DNA of 64,000 bases from Camelus dromedarius. Its lineage: Eukaryota. The stretch is from contig NC_087472.1 of assembly GCF_036321535.1 (NCBI RefSeq), positions 94,924,001 through 94,988,000 on the forward strand. The letters are read 5' to 3'. This document shows, one piece after another, positions 62,573 through 64,000 of this stretch; the stretch's first letter is position 1; every line of letters starts with the position of its first letter. The notes under the pieces are model-generated. The model saw only the letters and a list, made by a program, of their open reading frames with translations. It ran no database searches and had not been told where the DNA came from. Made by a program: the position numbers and the translations under genes.

Positions 62573-62889
62573 CAGTCATCCCTTGATACTCACTGGGGAT
62601 TGGTTCTAGGACCCCCATGGATACCAAAATCCTCAGATATTCAAGTCCCTTATATAAAATGGCATACATAGTATTTGCATATAACCTATGCACATCCTAT
62701 TTTAACTTTAAATCGTCTCTAGATTACTTATAGTATCTAATATAATTTAAGTGCTGTGTACATAGTTGCTGGTATGTTACAAATACAAGTTTTGCTTTTT
62801 GGAACTTCCTGGAATTTTTTAAAAATACTTTTTATTTGAGATTGGTTGAAACCATGCATGCAGAACCCACAGATACAGAGAGCTGACTG
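62573..62889. mobile_element. Tigger2/MER2-family DNA transposon
   Basis: TA-cagtcatcccttgatactcactggggattggttctaggaccccc ... cccacagatacagagagctgactg-TA. Confidence 0.88.
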
Positions 62890-63299
62890 TATCTTTATGT
62901 GATGCTAAAGCATAGTGATTTCAAGCTTATGTCTTCTAAGGTTTTCCAGTTACCAAAGTTTTTCTCTGGCTTTAAATGTTTGCACAACAGTCACATAGTC
63001 AGTAGGGTCATAATAATTTGAATTAATGTTCCTAACAGTTCTGTCCAAATGAGCCATATTAATTATGTCACACAGAACAAGACCAGAAAGAAATTACAGC
63101 ATAACAGGCTCAGGAAAAATAACAACAAGAACAACAAGACTCAGCAACTTCAGTGAAAACATTACAACCTCCTTTGGATAATAGTAATAGCAATAGGTCT
63201 CCTTTTGCCTAGTGTATCAAAAATGAACAGCTCTATTTGCTGTTTAAGGCCTTAAATATCCCCACTCCTATGAAATCTCCTACTTGCCAACGTAGTCTC

Positions 63300-63890
63300 A
63301 CAGCTCCAAATATTCCTGCCTCCACATCCTGGCAGCGCAGCATGCTTACTGCCACCCCTGCACCCGTTTTCAGATTATTTCTTCTCCATGGCATACTACC
63401 TCTCTACTAAGTCAGTGTCAATTTATTTGTTGGTTTCAGATCAAACCTTATGTTGCTTTATAGCCTTCCCTGTCCCTTGTACAATAACTGGAATCTAGTT
63501 ATAGATCTTTATCCATCCAGTCACCAGATACACCTTGAGCCTTCCAAGCTACCAGGCATTCTGCCTAGTGCTGAAGATATAGAAATGGAATACACCCTTC
63601 CACTTCTTCGGTTGCTAATAATCTCTCCATAAAGACAGGTGAGTAAACAAAAAGAAGACTGCTTGGGGAGAGTGCTTTGATGGAGGTATTTACAGAGAGC
63701 TGAAGTGGTACATATTAGAAATACCTATCTCATGAGGTGAGAAGAGAGGGACAGATGTTAATTCTAGGGAGACTTTGTCATTGTGAGAACTGAAAAATAA
63801 GCCAAACAAGAGAAGATAGGTGAGGTCATTTTGGGAAGAGGGAACAACTTGAGCAAAAATGGTAGTTCCAGCATGGCAGTATCTGGCTGT
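63300..63890. mobile_element. L2 fragments
   Basis: Degenerate L2-like blocks (ccaggcattctgcctagtgctgaagatatag; gggaagagggaacaacttgagcaaaa). Confidence 0.5.
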
Positions 63891-64000
63891 ATTTAAATTC
63901 AGGGATTTAATATTTTCCTTGGACCAGATACAAATAACCTATACCAGTCCTTTTGCCTTATTTTCTTGAATCTACTCTTTTTATCTTCCAAACCATGTGA

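Overview
Mammalian genomic DNA, most likely camelid (three Vic-1-type tRNA-derived SINEs), from the X-linked MAGE-B cancer/testis gene cluster. Four tandem MAGE-B units lie on the minus strand: an intact MAGEB18 orthologue (42649-43668), an intact MAGEB6-like gene (11769-12806) and two pseudogenes (6480-7806, 32995-33718). Three of the four units are preceded by a degenerate ~200-230 bp tandem promoter/first-exon module array. The rest is mostly transposable elements: two young L1 copies, older L1/L2/MIR/MaLR pieces, DNA transposons and a decayed MER34-type ERV1 provirus carrying nested insertions. The most notable observation is two independently inserted copies of an ORF1-only L1 derivative (HAL1-like) whose 3' UTR is built from inverted L1 ORF2 fragments; one copy has a clear TSD and poly(A), and the other appears to carry a 3' transduction. 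Also notable are a 735-bp, 99.6%-identical tract inside otherwise diverged paralogous MAGE flanks, and a 978-bp tract with no differences shared by two L1 copies whose 3' UTRs differ. All alignments were done by eye and repeat family names come from recalled consensus sequences, not database searches.
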